DNA of 63,175 bases, filler included, from Sphacelaria rigidula (Eukaryota): the NCBI GenBank assembly GCA_964200075.2. It is 11 parts of 11 records of this genome, joined end to end, with 100 filler letters (N's around TTAATTAATTAA, not from the genome) between each part and the next. Parts side by side here need not be neighbours in the genome. Positions count along the whole stretch, not along the records: positions 46,020 to 51,671 come from CAXNAA020025544.1; positions 51,772 to 57,423 come from CAXNAA020025545.1; positions 57,524 to 63,175 come from CAXNAA020025546.1; 8 more parts are not named here. One strand, 5' to 3'. Each line of letters opens with the position of its first letter. The stretch's first letter is position 1. This document shows positions 51,301 to 63,175 of the stretch, piece after piece. The notes under the pieces were generated by a model. It searched no databases. It was not told the DNA's origin and saw nothing but the letters and a program-made list of their open reading frames with translations. The translations under genes and the position numbers were made by a program.

Positions 51301-51553
51301 GAACGCAAACTAAATCCGGGCTGTCCTACTGTGTCTTCCTCAGCAACAAAACCGAAAAACTCGTTCTAGATCGAGACGATTGCGTCTTGTCCTACCACCT
51401 GTCCTGCTGCCGCGGTGATCATCTCCACGGCTGAGAATTTGTCTTCGGCCATCCCCACCAGCGCCACCTCTGCTTCCTTTCTGCTCTTCTCCCCTTCGCT
51501 AGCCACCAGCGTCCCGCCGTGTGTGTGCGCGCCGACCCCGTGGCTTCACGTGT

Positions 51554-51671
51554 GACACTTTTTACGATAGCCCCCCCCCTCAAGCCAGGTCTGATGACTA
51601 TGGCATGCATGATCATGAGTACACCCCCCCCCCCCCCCAACCACCCCCAAAGTGTTACGAAAAAAAACGCC
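51554..51671 (+). mobile_element. Left end of the GACAC-MITE (family of 9042-9289), with a poly(C)-family retroposon tail (51580-51623) inside its C-tract
   Basis: gacactttttacgatagC9-[insert]-C15aaccacccccaaagtgttacgaaaaaa versus gacactttctacgatagC8aaaaaccacctaaaagtgtcacgaaaaaa at 9042. Confidence 0.82.
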
Positions 51672-52030
51672 NNNNNNNNNNNNNNNNNNNNNNNNNNNNN
51701 NNNNNNNNNNNNNNNTTAATTAATTAANNNNNNNNNNNNNNNNNNNNNNNNNNNNNNNNNNNNNNNNNNNNCACACGTGGAATAAAAGAATGACTCACTT
51801 AAAGGGAATGGTCAAAGCCACTCTCAATCGTATCAAATGCTCTAAATCTCACGAAAACACTGTTATACGCAAACGCTCGCTAAAAACAAAGAACATTGAG
51901 AAAAAATAGAAATATAACACAAACATGATAAACTGAAGAACAAAAAAAAGCAGCAGAAGGAAAGCCAAGGAACGGAGAAGAGCTGGCCAAAATAATATGA
52001 TCGTGACAAAAACAATGTGATCCTCGACGG

Positions 52031-52363
52031 CTATTTTGCAGAATGTGAACTATACAAGGAGGAACGGAACGTGCTAGAGGGGGAAGTGCGGGACGTGAAC
52101 GAAGGTGGCATGAAATCATTCGATGCATTAGACAGCAACGATAAGACAATGGCTATACTAGGAGATGATTGGGGCCACAGACGGCAAAACACGACGGGGA
52201 TAAGATATATATGTAAAATGTTTTTATACAATGTATGGAAGGAACGTAATGGACGCCGCAATGTTGGAAGTGTCTCTAATAAGAGTAGGAACGACGCTCG
52301 GTCTCGAAAGGGATGCGTGGTCAATGGTCAAACGACTAAGGCAAGCAACAAATGAGTACGCCC
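52031..52363 (+). mobile_element. 3' end of a LINE ORF2 (post-RT region), putative autonomous partner of the poly(C) family
   Basis: FAECELYKEERN...ILGD.W...KMFLYNVWKERN...ASNK*; the stop TGA at 52353-52355 is followed directly by gtacgccc. Confidence 0.72.
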
Positions 52364-53131
52364 GGTTTGGTAGCCCTCTGGTGTTATCACCAACGCCTGA
52401 GATGGTGCCTCCAGCTCCTCCACCACATTCCGCTCTTCTCCTGTACCGCTCATGATACAGCCTTATCTAACGTGATTACTCTACTCTTTGTTCCAAGGAA
52501 CGCGCTAGCGTGTTCGGTAGAGTCTAGAGTTATGGTCTGAGCACCCACTGCTCAACCAAAAACGTAGAAGACAATCTCGCACAGCGTCCGCTGTCGAAAC
52601 TGGAGTCACAGCAGCAGAACCGTATAGTTGTCTCTTATTATCTCGTTTACATCAAACCGCTCATGGGTAGGAAGGCACACGCACACAAACAACACTGAAC
52701 ACGGTGGGGCGGGAGATGCGCAGGCGCATCTCCGTCGAGAATCCTTCTCGAGCTACGGCAAATATCTCCTGTTTCATCCCGCAGAAACATACCGTATATC
52801 ACAATATAACTCCCCGTCGTTTCTGGATCATTCGAGAACAAAAGTGAGAATAACCAACACTTTCCAGAACATTCCGATAATCGATCCGAACCGTCGTCTC
52901 AGTACCATTTCTGGAAATCACCAGTACCGTTTCCCATCGATTAATCCGCCACATTTTCCTCCGATAGTCTCGAGATAGTATCCTGGATCTTACATTTACC
53001 ATGATGAGTGAAATCACGCGATTAACACGCCCCTCTCCCCCCCCCCGCCTCTTGCGAGCTTCTGTCGTTTTTCCACCGAGGAGAGACTTGTAGGAGTAGG
53101 CATTTCGCCGGCTAGCGGTGAGGGTGTACAC

Positions 53132-53371
53132 TTTTTTTTTTTCACATACCCTGTACGTGTGTTAGGTCCCCAAGCCAACAATTTCCACTGAAGATTCTCC
53201 CAGTGAACCTTTGAACTCTGCTACGACGTCATCGACCAGTTGTTTCGCCCCCCACTATTTTCACGACTTTTTTGTCCCGACTTTACCTGAAGTCGCTCTT
53301 TGGTGGGAGCCGGGATTCGAACCTGGAACCCTCTGCTCATGAAGCGCACTTCATTTATCATCGTGTCGCCA
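53132..53371 (-). mobile_element. Putative tRNA-derived SINE family 3 (Met-like head, poly(A) tail)
   Basis: Minus strand reads ...ttCATga...ccaGGTTCGAATCCcggctcccacca, then ~160 nt of body and an A-tract; single copy in the window. Confidence 0.5.
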
Positions 53372-54274
53372 ATGGGGAAATGATATTCCTCAACGAACAC
53401 TTGTGGGAATTTCTCTTTCTATGTGGTGGCTCCCTCACCAAACTAAAGAATATTGCCCCATGGAGCATGAGTTCCGGTGAGAAGATCGGGCGCGAAAACA
53501 GATTCAAACACCGAGGCCCATGCACTCATGCACATCATGCATATCCGTTTCTGAACTGGTACAATATACTATTTGGTACGGCACGGAGCATGCGGCAGTA
53601 TTAAATCGTAAAAAAACTGGTTCACCACACCTCCAAGTGCAACAATGATGGAATCGCTGGTATCTCTTCTGCGTGTTTTCGAATAAAACATGATGAAACA
53701 TGACGAGTAATACCGTGACGGGCTGCCACAGGGGAGTACAACGCTGTAGTGCACAAGCGCGCTGGCATGTAGGCAACACGGAAAATCGCGAACGCGCTAG
53801 CGCCCGTGCTGCTAAAAAATAACGCGCTTCACGCATTTAATTTAACTCAATGCGTTTATTGAAATCAATGCAGAGGATACCCTATGGGTCTGGAGCCGAC
53901 TCTGCGTACCAACCGCAGCGTGACGCCTGCGGCGGTACTACCTGCGCACTGCACAGTGCGGCAGGGTGCAGGGTGACAAAGTACATTATAGGACGTGACA
54001 TCCTTAGCCTATCCCTGTCCTGTATGGATTTTGCGTTGTCCTATGCAGGTCGCCACATCATGAATGCAGCCGCTTGTATCGCGGCCAACGTGTACGCAGG
54101 ATACCACCCCTCGCTACGCGCTACAATATCTCGCTACGTCACATTTTGTGAAGCTGTCCGTGTTGCAGCTACAGCGTGCGTTTGCTCCAGGTGGCGCACG
54201 CAGGAGTAAAAGGCCGCCTCCGCCGCTGTAATGGTTGCCTGTATCTTGGGCGAAGCTTTATGGGAACACAGCCG

Positions 54275-54351
54275 CGGCTGGTGTGCCCACCTATACCGAA
54301 AGGTGGAGATCGGGGTCCAGAATAGACGGGGCGACAACACACACAACACAC
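54275..54351 (+). mobile_element. SINE family 1 tail fragment
   Basis: ggctggtg.gcccac.tataccgaaagg...ccagaatagacggggcgacaacacacacaacacac. Confidence 0.7.
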
Positions 54352-54703
54352 TGACTCTGCGCAATACACTTTCAACAACGTGTTCGTACTTGACTGTAGA
54401 AATCTTCTGTCCACGGTTGGACACATTTACATATATCATGCAGGGTCTGGTACATCTCCACTTATAATTCAACGGAGGGTCTGGTCCATTTCCCTATGTA
54501 AATATCATGTTACTCAGCGATATAGTAAAAAAACTCCGCCACATCTGGGCGAACTGCAAGTGAGGCAATCGCCGAAATATTCATATTCACCTGCAAGCTC
54601 TGCTCCAGTGCACTGTAGGTTTATATCGCTAGAACGACACTACCATAACCGTGTTGCCAGCTGCCAGACTGTCAGAACGTACGATCCGCTAGCATTGCTA
54701 CTG

Positions 54704-55147
54704 AACACGGGATCTTACAAATTGGGGATGGATCTTTTATTGGGCATGAGAAACCCGGAGAATTAAAATCTTCGTATCCCCACCAAATCTTCAGAATATG
54801 GTTCCACTTCTTCACGTACTGATAGCTATTGACAACTGCTACACGCCGTAGAAACTTGAATTTCGATCACCGACATGTTGGTGTCCTAGGTGAAGAAACA
54901 ATTTCGGAACCATTTTGGCGTCCGTTCGGACATCCGAAATCCCCCCAAACTGCTTCTTCACCTAGGAACCCAACATCTCGGTGATTAAAATCCACATTTC
55001 TATGGCGTGTAGCAGTTGTTAATAGCTATCAATAAGTGAAGAAATGGGACCATTTTCCGAAGATTTGGTGTGGATACAAAGATTTTAATTCTCCGGTTTT
55101 CTCATCCCCAATAAAAAATCCCTCCCCAATTCGTAAGATCGCGTGTT
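54704..55147. mobile_element. Foldback element, 444 bp, ~200-bp inverted arms, AACAC...GTGTT, 4-bp TSD ACTG
   Basis: ACTG at 54700-54703 and 55148-55151; near-complete palindrome. Confidence 0.9.
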
Positions 55148-58100
55148 ACTGTCTGTACGGGGATGTTGCCCTTTTTAGGGTACGTTTTGGAGCATTATTG
55201 TAGATGTAGATCATCCTTGTACATGGGCACCAAACGCTGGGCTTCTCACTCAAGACTTAGATTCGGAGGATGATGCTAGATGGGCAGCAGCAACTGCTGA
55301 GTGTCCAGGTGCCCCTTGGAGCAAGATACGTTTAGAACTTGTTTGACAAAGTTATCCCCGAAACAACGAAATCAATAGGGGTTTCAGAGTGCAAAAATCT
55401 AGCAAAACAAATATCGCAAGAATTGAGTCGCAGGAATGAAGCAGCAGAAATCAGGTCGCAAAAACGGAGTCGCAAAAAAACGGTTAGTCGATTTTTTACC
55501 TACAGCAGAAACCAACTTCACTTTGTGAAAATGGAATTGTTCTTCATCGGGTACAAGCGCGTTCGGACAAACATTTCTGCTTTTGACGACGATTTGAGGT
55601 GACGTTTGGGTGCGGAAATGGCCGAAATATCTTTCTTTCCCCCCCCACCCCTGTCGCCCCCCCTCACCTCTAGACTCTTGGGTTGGCGTCGAGAGGCAAC
55701 GGCACCCTAAAACAAACCATCAAAACCTAGACAAATGTACAGACTGCCACCAACAATGTTTTCGTGAGATTGAGAATCTACGATACGATTGAGAGCAGGC
55801 ACTTTCATGGCTTTCAGCGGCCGCGTGTGTCTGCACCATTAATGGACAAAACGCTTACCTCGCACATTGGTGCCAAATCCTGCCGGCAAACCTAACAATG
55901 TTTCCGTGAAATCGAGCGTTGAAAGTACGATTGAGAGTGAGGTTTTATTCGTAACATGTCTCGCTGCGCCGGTTCCGATAATGAGACGAAAAGTTTACAT
56001 GTGTAGCATGTTGGAACATTCCTGCCACCCGTTGCCTGAAAGGAATGGCAGAATAATGTTTTAAAATGTTGCGCGCTGGCCCACAGGTGGCATTTGTGGA
56101 AAAATGCACCGTTCAAGGTGTGAGTCGTGCAGTTCGGGTAAAAGATCCGATTTAGCCAGGTTGTGCCCGAATTCATTCGCAAATGCAGTTGATGCCACCA
56201 TTTGTCGTATGGACTTGGGACTCGTGGATATCTTGAAATCACTTTTCTGTTCAACAATTTCGCCGCGGTTTCCGTCGTTGTTTTTGAAAGCGCAAGTCAT
56301 CGCGTGTGATATGACTGCTGATATCCCGCCTTACACACTTACACATCGGGGATTTTCAATTATCATTTGCAAGCCTTGGCATCGATAATGATAACATGGC
56401 GCCGGTGGGGTCTAATATTTCTTCGATTGACCAGGAGGGGACTGTTCCGCGTGTCATTTTCCAACGAGCCAAATTTCGCCGATGTGCTCTAGACTCGTGC
56501 ACCCCATCTCCATTCCAGCCGCCCAGTCTCCATCTGCGAAGCATCTTTCAAAACATTTGGTGAGTTGTCATCTTTCGGAGAAATGAAGGTAGCTCACAGA
56601 GACGAAGTTTGTGCGGCGCTGTCGTTGGAGCGTTACTCCGTTGATTGACGGGTCAAGGTCGTTTCATTTGCAAAACACGGAGGGAAGAGCAAATCATGCT
56701 GTTCCTGCGTGCGAAGTGGTCCGTTCGCCAAACCCACGAGCACCTATCTGCACGGTATTGTGTCGTGTTGGCTCGCCGCCGGTTGGATAATGAGCACGAA
56801 ATGCAGGAGGTCTCGAGAGACTGCGGACGATGAGACGGTCTCTGGTACAGCGGCCAGTCACCACTTCATCGATAAGTGATGTGTGGAGATGAGCGAGATA
56901 ACCCACTGGATACAAACATCACCTCTACCTCGACCGGTCAACTAGTAACATACATCGTACTGTCCGCATCTGCAACGATATCCTCTATTGTTTTACCGCA
57001 GGTGACGCAAGCACGAGACGTGATGTTTTCCACACGGGGAAGGCAAGGCCTCAGCGATCGCGCGTGCGGACCGCTTATGGGCATCGTGCATTCCACAGGT
57101 GTGAGACACCTCTACTGTTGTAGTACACCGATGCAGACGGAGTGATTTCTCGTCGCACGTTTTGACGGCGTCTTGATATGACGCACATGTCACCCCACAT
57201 GCCTGAAGTGTGCTGCAGTATGCGATTTGAGCTGCGTGGGGGATTGCCTCGTGTCCCAAACGCGTTCTTGTTGGAAGGGGTCCACGAAGGGAGGGTCTAC
57301 CACTCTAGGTACTGTATATAGGATGGTTGCCCCCTTCGGCGCATGTACGATTTCCGATACGTCGCAACCCCTCGTGATCATACAAACACGCACCGCGTGC
57401 AACTGAGCTCTGAAGGTCATGACNNNNNNNNNNNNNNNNNNNNNNNNNNNNNNNNNNNNNNNNNNNNTTAATTAATTAANNNNNNNNNNNNNNNNNNNNN
57501 NNNNNNNNNNNNNNNNNNNNNNNTAACCAAACACAAAAATGCCCCCTAAATCGCACCAGAATTCACTAACCCGTCGAAAAAGGCTTTTTTTTTTTTTTTT
57601 GGCCAGTTGTCGGGGTTCGAAGGGTTCTGTTTTTTTTTGGGGGGGGGAAATCACATGGTCATCTAGGACCGCCGATAACTGGCAAATAAGTATATGTTCA
57701 AAAACGCCATCCTCCGCAAGTTTCCTCTTGCACCGTAAAGTATGTGTGCAATTTTTCGGAGAGTCTAGTTCCAAGAATCGGCGTGACTAGTTTCGCCCTT
57801 GTGTGATGAAGTGAGCTCGAAAGGTGCAAACTCCCTGCTACCGTCATGGGTTTCATTAAAAAAAACGCATTTTGGGGTACGGTTAGCGTTTACACTACCC
57901 CATTGCAAGACTTTTCTAGTGACGACACAAAACTTCGCACAATTTTCCCCTGGAACACCCCAGGATGCGTACGCATTTATTTTATTTCGAGGAATTATTT
58001 ACCGGCTTCCTAGGAGTCCCGGCGGGAAGAACTCTGGAGGCCGGTAACGAGGGAAGATTGTTCGAAATATTTTTGAAAATGTATAGATTTTCCATTCGGG

Positions 58101-59454
58101 GTACCAATCCCTACCGGAATACAGATCTGAGGGCGGTCGGAGCTTTCCACGACATATATAGGAGAAACCACCATGAGACTCTATGGGTCTTTGTGGCACA
58201 TAATCAGTGTAAACCCGACGACGCCAAAACCCCGCGTCACCGAGATACCACGATTTGCGGTACAATTCGATCGCATGGTGATCGTTTTTCATTTTTTTCC
58301 CATTCCCGAGCTGACGGCAATTACTAAGAGTGAACGCATGTGGAGATTCGGTAGAAATTGTGTTCGAAATTCGTATTTTACAAACCAGAGCAATTTGAAG
58401 GGTGCTGCTTGGTCGAGATACCCTGTCGCCCTCATCGCCACCGCTGTGGCCTTGAACAAAAATCTGGCAATGCCACCATCTTCAGTGTCCATGGCGGTCA
58501 GTATGATATCGCGTGCGCGATTATTGAACAGGTATTGCGAAAGGTATTTTCTGACTGGCGAGTTCAGGGTCAAAACCGTGAACAGCCTGCAATGTGTCAC
58601 TGATGGTGTATTGATTTTATTTTTTATCGAGTCTAACACTTTTAATGATTTATATTTATATATATATCGAACTTGGTGTAAGTTCCCCGGTGTGTTTAGT
58701 GAAAAATGATCAGAAAAGATAGGTACGCAAATCGTACTGAATTTACAAACTCGTGTGGGTATTATGTGATCAGGCTTTCCCCCTCACGTTCTCCTATTGA
58801 TCCGCACCCTCGTTCCTGCGATCGGTTAACCGGTTTGGTCTGTAGAACATAACTCTTTCCGTCCCGGTCGATATGTGACGCTTCCACGCCCCTTACTCCT
58901 CCCGCTTGCCTTGCACCACCTCTCCGATTCGAACCTGGAACTCAGTGGGATCTGCACCAGCAGCGGTGTACCGTACGTTGAGGTATATGCCACGGGAAGG
59001 TGGGAAGGGCTCTGCCCCGAAACGTCATCATTCAGGCGTGCTTTTGAGGGGTCAGCTGGTATCTGACGTACACTGGTACAGTACTGTCGTAACTATCGAC
59101 TTGATACAGAATATAGCCGAGAGCACATTACTCGAGAGTGCTGTTAAAGGGAGGTAGGGTGCAACGTACTGGTAGTATATATGTACACCGTGATCTGTGG
59201 TCGTATTTGCTTTTGCTACTTCGCCACCCGGTGCGAGCTCTGGTGGGTATTCACGGTGTATAGTGTACAGTACGAAAACCGCCACGCTCCGCTCATTTTG
59301 CTTTGTGTTTTGCAGTCTCAGAAGAGAGCGCTCAATGAGTGCTTCCATCTCATGGGAGGAGTGTTAGTGACGATACGTGGAAGGCGAGCCTAGGTCTTTG
59401 ACCACGGGTTCGAGAGATCGGTGCGGGAAAAGTAGAAACAATAAAAACAACTGC

Positions 59455-59665
59455 ACTAAAATAATAGTAGTAATCGTAATAATAGTAACAATAATGGCAA
59501 TAATGGCAATAACGATAATAGTTAATAACGACAATAACAATAATAGTAACAAAAATAATTATAGTGACAACAACAACAACAATAATGACAACAATAATAA
59601 CAATAACGATAACAACAGCAAAAATGAGAATAACAACATTAATAGCAACATCAACAACTATAACC
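59455..59665. repeat. Degenerate (AAT/AAC)n low-complexity tract
   Basis: Direct observation; explains the overlapping poly-N/T/I/V ORFs. Confidence 0.9.
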
Positions 59666-60639
59666 ATCAAACCCCAGTGGGCGAACTGGAACATCTCAAA
59701 GCCGGTTCGATCGAAGTTCACCATTTCAACGCCAACAGACGAGCTCCTTTTGCGAGGATCGTATGACATCCGTTGTTGGGAACGCGACGAGGTGTGTACT
59801 GGAGCAAAAAGAAAATATATTCGACGAGAGTCGACGCAGGTGCGGGAGTACTGATCCAACCCGGGACACCAGAATGTCAGGCATGCACCGCGGGAGAGAT
59901 GGGTTGATCCCTTGACACTACGGATTTGTATCAAGGAACGGAACGCTTGGAAACGAATGTTTCGGTAAAAAGAAAATGGAATCATCTGCTGGACCCCAGC
60001 GGTCAAACTTGTCCATCATTGGCTGCGGGAAGACCCCGTAAGTTCAGATCCCGGCATATGTTATGGTATTTGGATGGACTGGTCTCGACGAGGTACAGTA
60101 ATCGCTTTGGCGTACATGACTTCAGGAGGCGCTCGGAATAAACGCGGCGTTTTGGTATGAATTGTTGATGATTGAGCCGTTGAGGGATGCGAGTTCATTG
60201 GAAAGAATGAGATTTTGGTGTTCCGAATCGTGTACAACGATTGATCAAGGGATCCATGCTGTATGGTTGAATGGGCCCGTCGGCATATTGCATGTTCATT
60301 TGCACAACGGACAGTATTCCCGGAATGTTCCTCGGACTGGGATTGAAGGTACGATGCACGGGGTAATAGCTGGTACAGACGGACTGTTGGGTTTATGGGC
60401 CAGCAATGTTCCTGGTTGTTGTACCTGCCGTTGGCTTTTGGATCTTGTATCATGACTATGTGTGAATTATAATTCTTGGCGTAAAGTTGTATCGAGAAAA
60501 CCCACACCCCTCTGCCTTCACTCGCTCTGGTTGCGTCGGACATGATCGACATTGGTCTTCCCTTGCTCTGAGTGCCAAGTGAGTCCTGCTGGTGAGCCGT
60601 GGTCGGAGAACTATTGACTTGTGGTCAGTAACGGTATAA

Positions 60640-60915
60640 TGATTGATTGATTGATTGATTGATTGTCGTACTTTAACTGACCACCAATGGGTCCAGCCGT
60701 GGTCGCATGATATACGTGCCCAAGAAAACCAAAACCGAAACACTCGCTCAAGTAAAGAAGGAACAGAAGAAAAAAAAAAGTCGAACAGAACGACGTAGTA
60801 GACTAAGATGTGGAAAAAATAAAGGGAAAACAAATCAACAAAAGCGAAGCATGGAAAGAGATGGCCGACATAAAAAACAAAAGGAGCACAAAAAGAAAAA
60901 AAAAGAAAAAAAATA
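60640..60915 (-). mobile_element. Probable LINE/SINE 3' UTR ending in (CAAT)n; diverged relative at ~62400-62620
   Basis: (GATT)n at 60640-60665 on +; acgt.cccaag.aaac.aaa.cgaaac.ct.gct is shared with 62480-62520. Confidence 0.5.
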
Positions 60916-63175
60916 GTTGAGAAGGGAGAAGCCCATGGATTCAGGGCAGCAGAGTAGATACAGACAGACACACACCAGTGGGCACCGCAGAGCCACCGAC
61001 TAAGGACATCATCAACAACCGATATGAGCAGACAGGGTTCTTCGATTGGCGGCCCTCGACGCAGTAGCCTCTCGCTTGTGACGGCGGTCTGGTTCTCGTT
61101 TGTCCGCACATCGCCACGTGTCCTATAACTCTTCCGCTCCTTTTTCGGCTCCAATATGCCATTTGCCTTCAAGTTCTTATACAAGTGGATATTCTTTCTT
61201 GTGAACGCCTTAGACTGATTCGCTTCATCCTTTGGGGTGGGCTGTTTGTTACACAGCATTGTAAGTGCGGTGAATCAGCACAGCTTGAGCCTCTGTTCGT
61301 TTAAAACACCAGGACGGAGGTTTAGTGTGACTTCCTCCTGTCTCGGAGTGTACTGCACCTAATCTCATCAGACAGATATGGTCATAGTGATTTCTTTGTC
61401 GATCAAGCATCTGACTGCCTTCAGTGAAAGCGTGAAGATGGGATATGTGAGCGGTAAAGTGGAAGAACACAACCGATGAAAGTGAACGGGCCGCGAGGGC
61501 GATGATAGTCATGATCCAATGCCCGTTACTAAATCGCCAGACAGTAAAGTGCCGAGGGAGAGATGAGTTTGTTTTTGGAAACAATGAACTTGTCCCAAAG
61601 ACGGGGGAGAAGATATCTTCCTTTGGAACAGCAATCTTTTCAACTGTGGCACGACCACTCGGATTGAATCGATTATTTGGAAGGGGGTGTATGCTATATT
61701 GTGTACTCAATTTTGTGACTAAGACCTCGCAGGTAGACCTTTTGCTCTCGCTGCAAGGTGGCACATCGTAGAGGGTGTACAGCAAGTTCACGACAGGCAG
61801 TTTTGGACCCTTGAAGGGTCGCCAGACAGGCTCACTTTTGGAAGGTGTCGCAAACTGTCTACTTCTGTTGAATCGGCATTAATTTCACTTGAAAAAGGCA
61901 TTCATGGTCCAGACGGACTATCCTCGCGGTCTATGGGTTAACCGTCTCTTGACAACATGAAGGCGGCCCCTTGAAGAGGGTGTGTAGAGGGGGGTTTGGG
62001 ACTTTTAATGGGTCGCCAGAGGGTCTCACCTTCGGAAGATGTTCCGAGGGTGTAGCAAAGTATCCACCTGTGCTCGACAACGCAAATATGTCAAATCTCG
62101 AGGAACATGACAAAGGAGACCCGATCGGAGCATCTACTGAATATTCATCGTAACATACGAATATTTCAGTTTTCAGTTAGCTTGTTTGTTTCCAAAGCTC
62201 ACCTCGCGTGCTCCTCTACGACATCGTCGATGAACATGGTGTCCACCGGTACGGAGAAGATTTCGGTCCGCTTGGAGGCCTGAGTAGGGTCGGCACTTAT
62301 GCTGGGCCGGGCCTTTGGACCGGTGTTTACCACCTTGGGATCCGGACCTTCTACCCTGTTGTTTTTATTTTAGAGTTATGTGATAGGACCGTTACACATT
62401 AATTTATTGATTTTGATTGTTTATTTGCACATGACCTGATCCCCGAGGGGCCAAGCCGTGATCATTGTCGACACTATAGACGTACCCAAGGCAAACAAAA
62501 GCGGAAACGCTAGCTAGAGAGAAAAAAAAAGTCAAGAAGGCAGGAAAAAAAACAGGCAGAGCTGAAAAAAACAAAAACAAACGAAACAACGACAAGACCG
62601 AACCACGCAGGAAAAGAGAAAAAGTGGCTGGCCTCTGCAACATGACTTGGAGTGAAAAAAGGTCTTGCGCAAGGTGCACATAGACCCATACCTAAAAGAG
62701 AATAGAAAAGCCTTAGGAACAGATGGTGATTCAGTGTTGGAGAACCAATACATTGGTTCAATCAAGTGTTAGCGCCATCATCACCATCATATACATTGTT
62801 TTTTCGAGAGCATTTTTTTGCTCATCGTATGCTGTTTACACGTGTCTATTGGTGACTGTATTTTCGCAGAGGAGAATAAAAAAACATTGTGTGTGTTGGC
62901 TTCGGAAAATCTTCAAACATTCTTCCTTTTGAAAAATGTGCTCAACAGCATAAATCCTGTACCAGTTGCGTTGTATTGAGAGACAGTTTGACTGTGATTC
63001 TTAATAGCTGGGGATTTCGGAGAATGACCTATTTTTTTCACGCTAGTGCATTGGCATGTAAGGCAGCCAAGAATAAATTTACGGTAGTCGAGAAATGACC
63101 ATTCCCCCCCCTCCCCCCCCCCCCCCCCCCCCAACACCCCACCACAAAAACAATACAAAAAACCGCCAAAAACTC

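Noticed and set aside
53298..53371. Functional tRNA-Met gene ending in CCA, or an LTR primer-binding site
   Set aside because: Acceptor and D stems do not pair, there is no adjacent LTR end, and a body plus A-tail follows; a SINE head fits better
59350..60006. Overlapping ORFs rich in N, T, I and V (apparent membrane or prion-like protein)
   Set aside because: Explained by the AAT/AAC low-complexity tract
60456..61020. Hydrophobic C-terminal part of the 267-aa ORF
   Set aside because: Read-through into the T-rich retroposon 3' UTR and (CAAT)n tail

Overview
Eukaryotic, transposon-rich genomic DNA, most likely from a brown alga (Phaeophyceae). That assignment is an inference from the TE families, TTAGGG-type repeats, abundant poly-G/C tracts and short exons in long introns. 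The window is not contiguous: it is 11 contigs of 5,652-5,653 bp joined by identical 100-nt spacers (N44-TTAATTAATTAA-N44), so nothing can be inferred across the spacers. Retroelements: a decayed RTE-type LINE, three decayed Ty1/copia fragments, a decayed Ty3/gypsy element whose pol region ends in a chromodomain-like and then a Tudor-like module, and several tRNA-derived SINE families. DNA transposons: many MITEs with TIRs and TSDs readable by eye (piggyBac-, Sola- and Ginger-like, plus an unclassified RACA...TGTY group with 4-bp TSDs). Host genes: six exons of an Sds3/BRMS1-like gene with a GC-AG intron, and one exon resembling the REXO/SDN exonuclease C-terminus. The strongest novelty candidate is a LINE plus partner SINE system whose 3' ends are TGAGTACA followed by poly(C) rather than poly(A), and which appears to insert at poly(C)/poly(G) tracts. 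All calls were made by eye with no database search.
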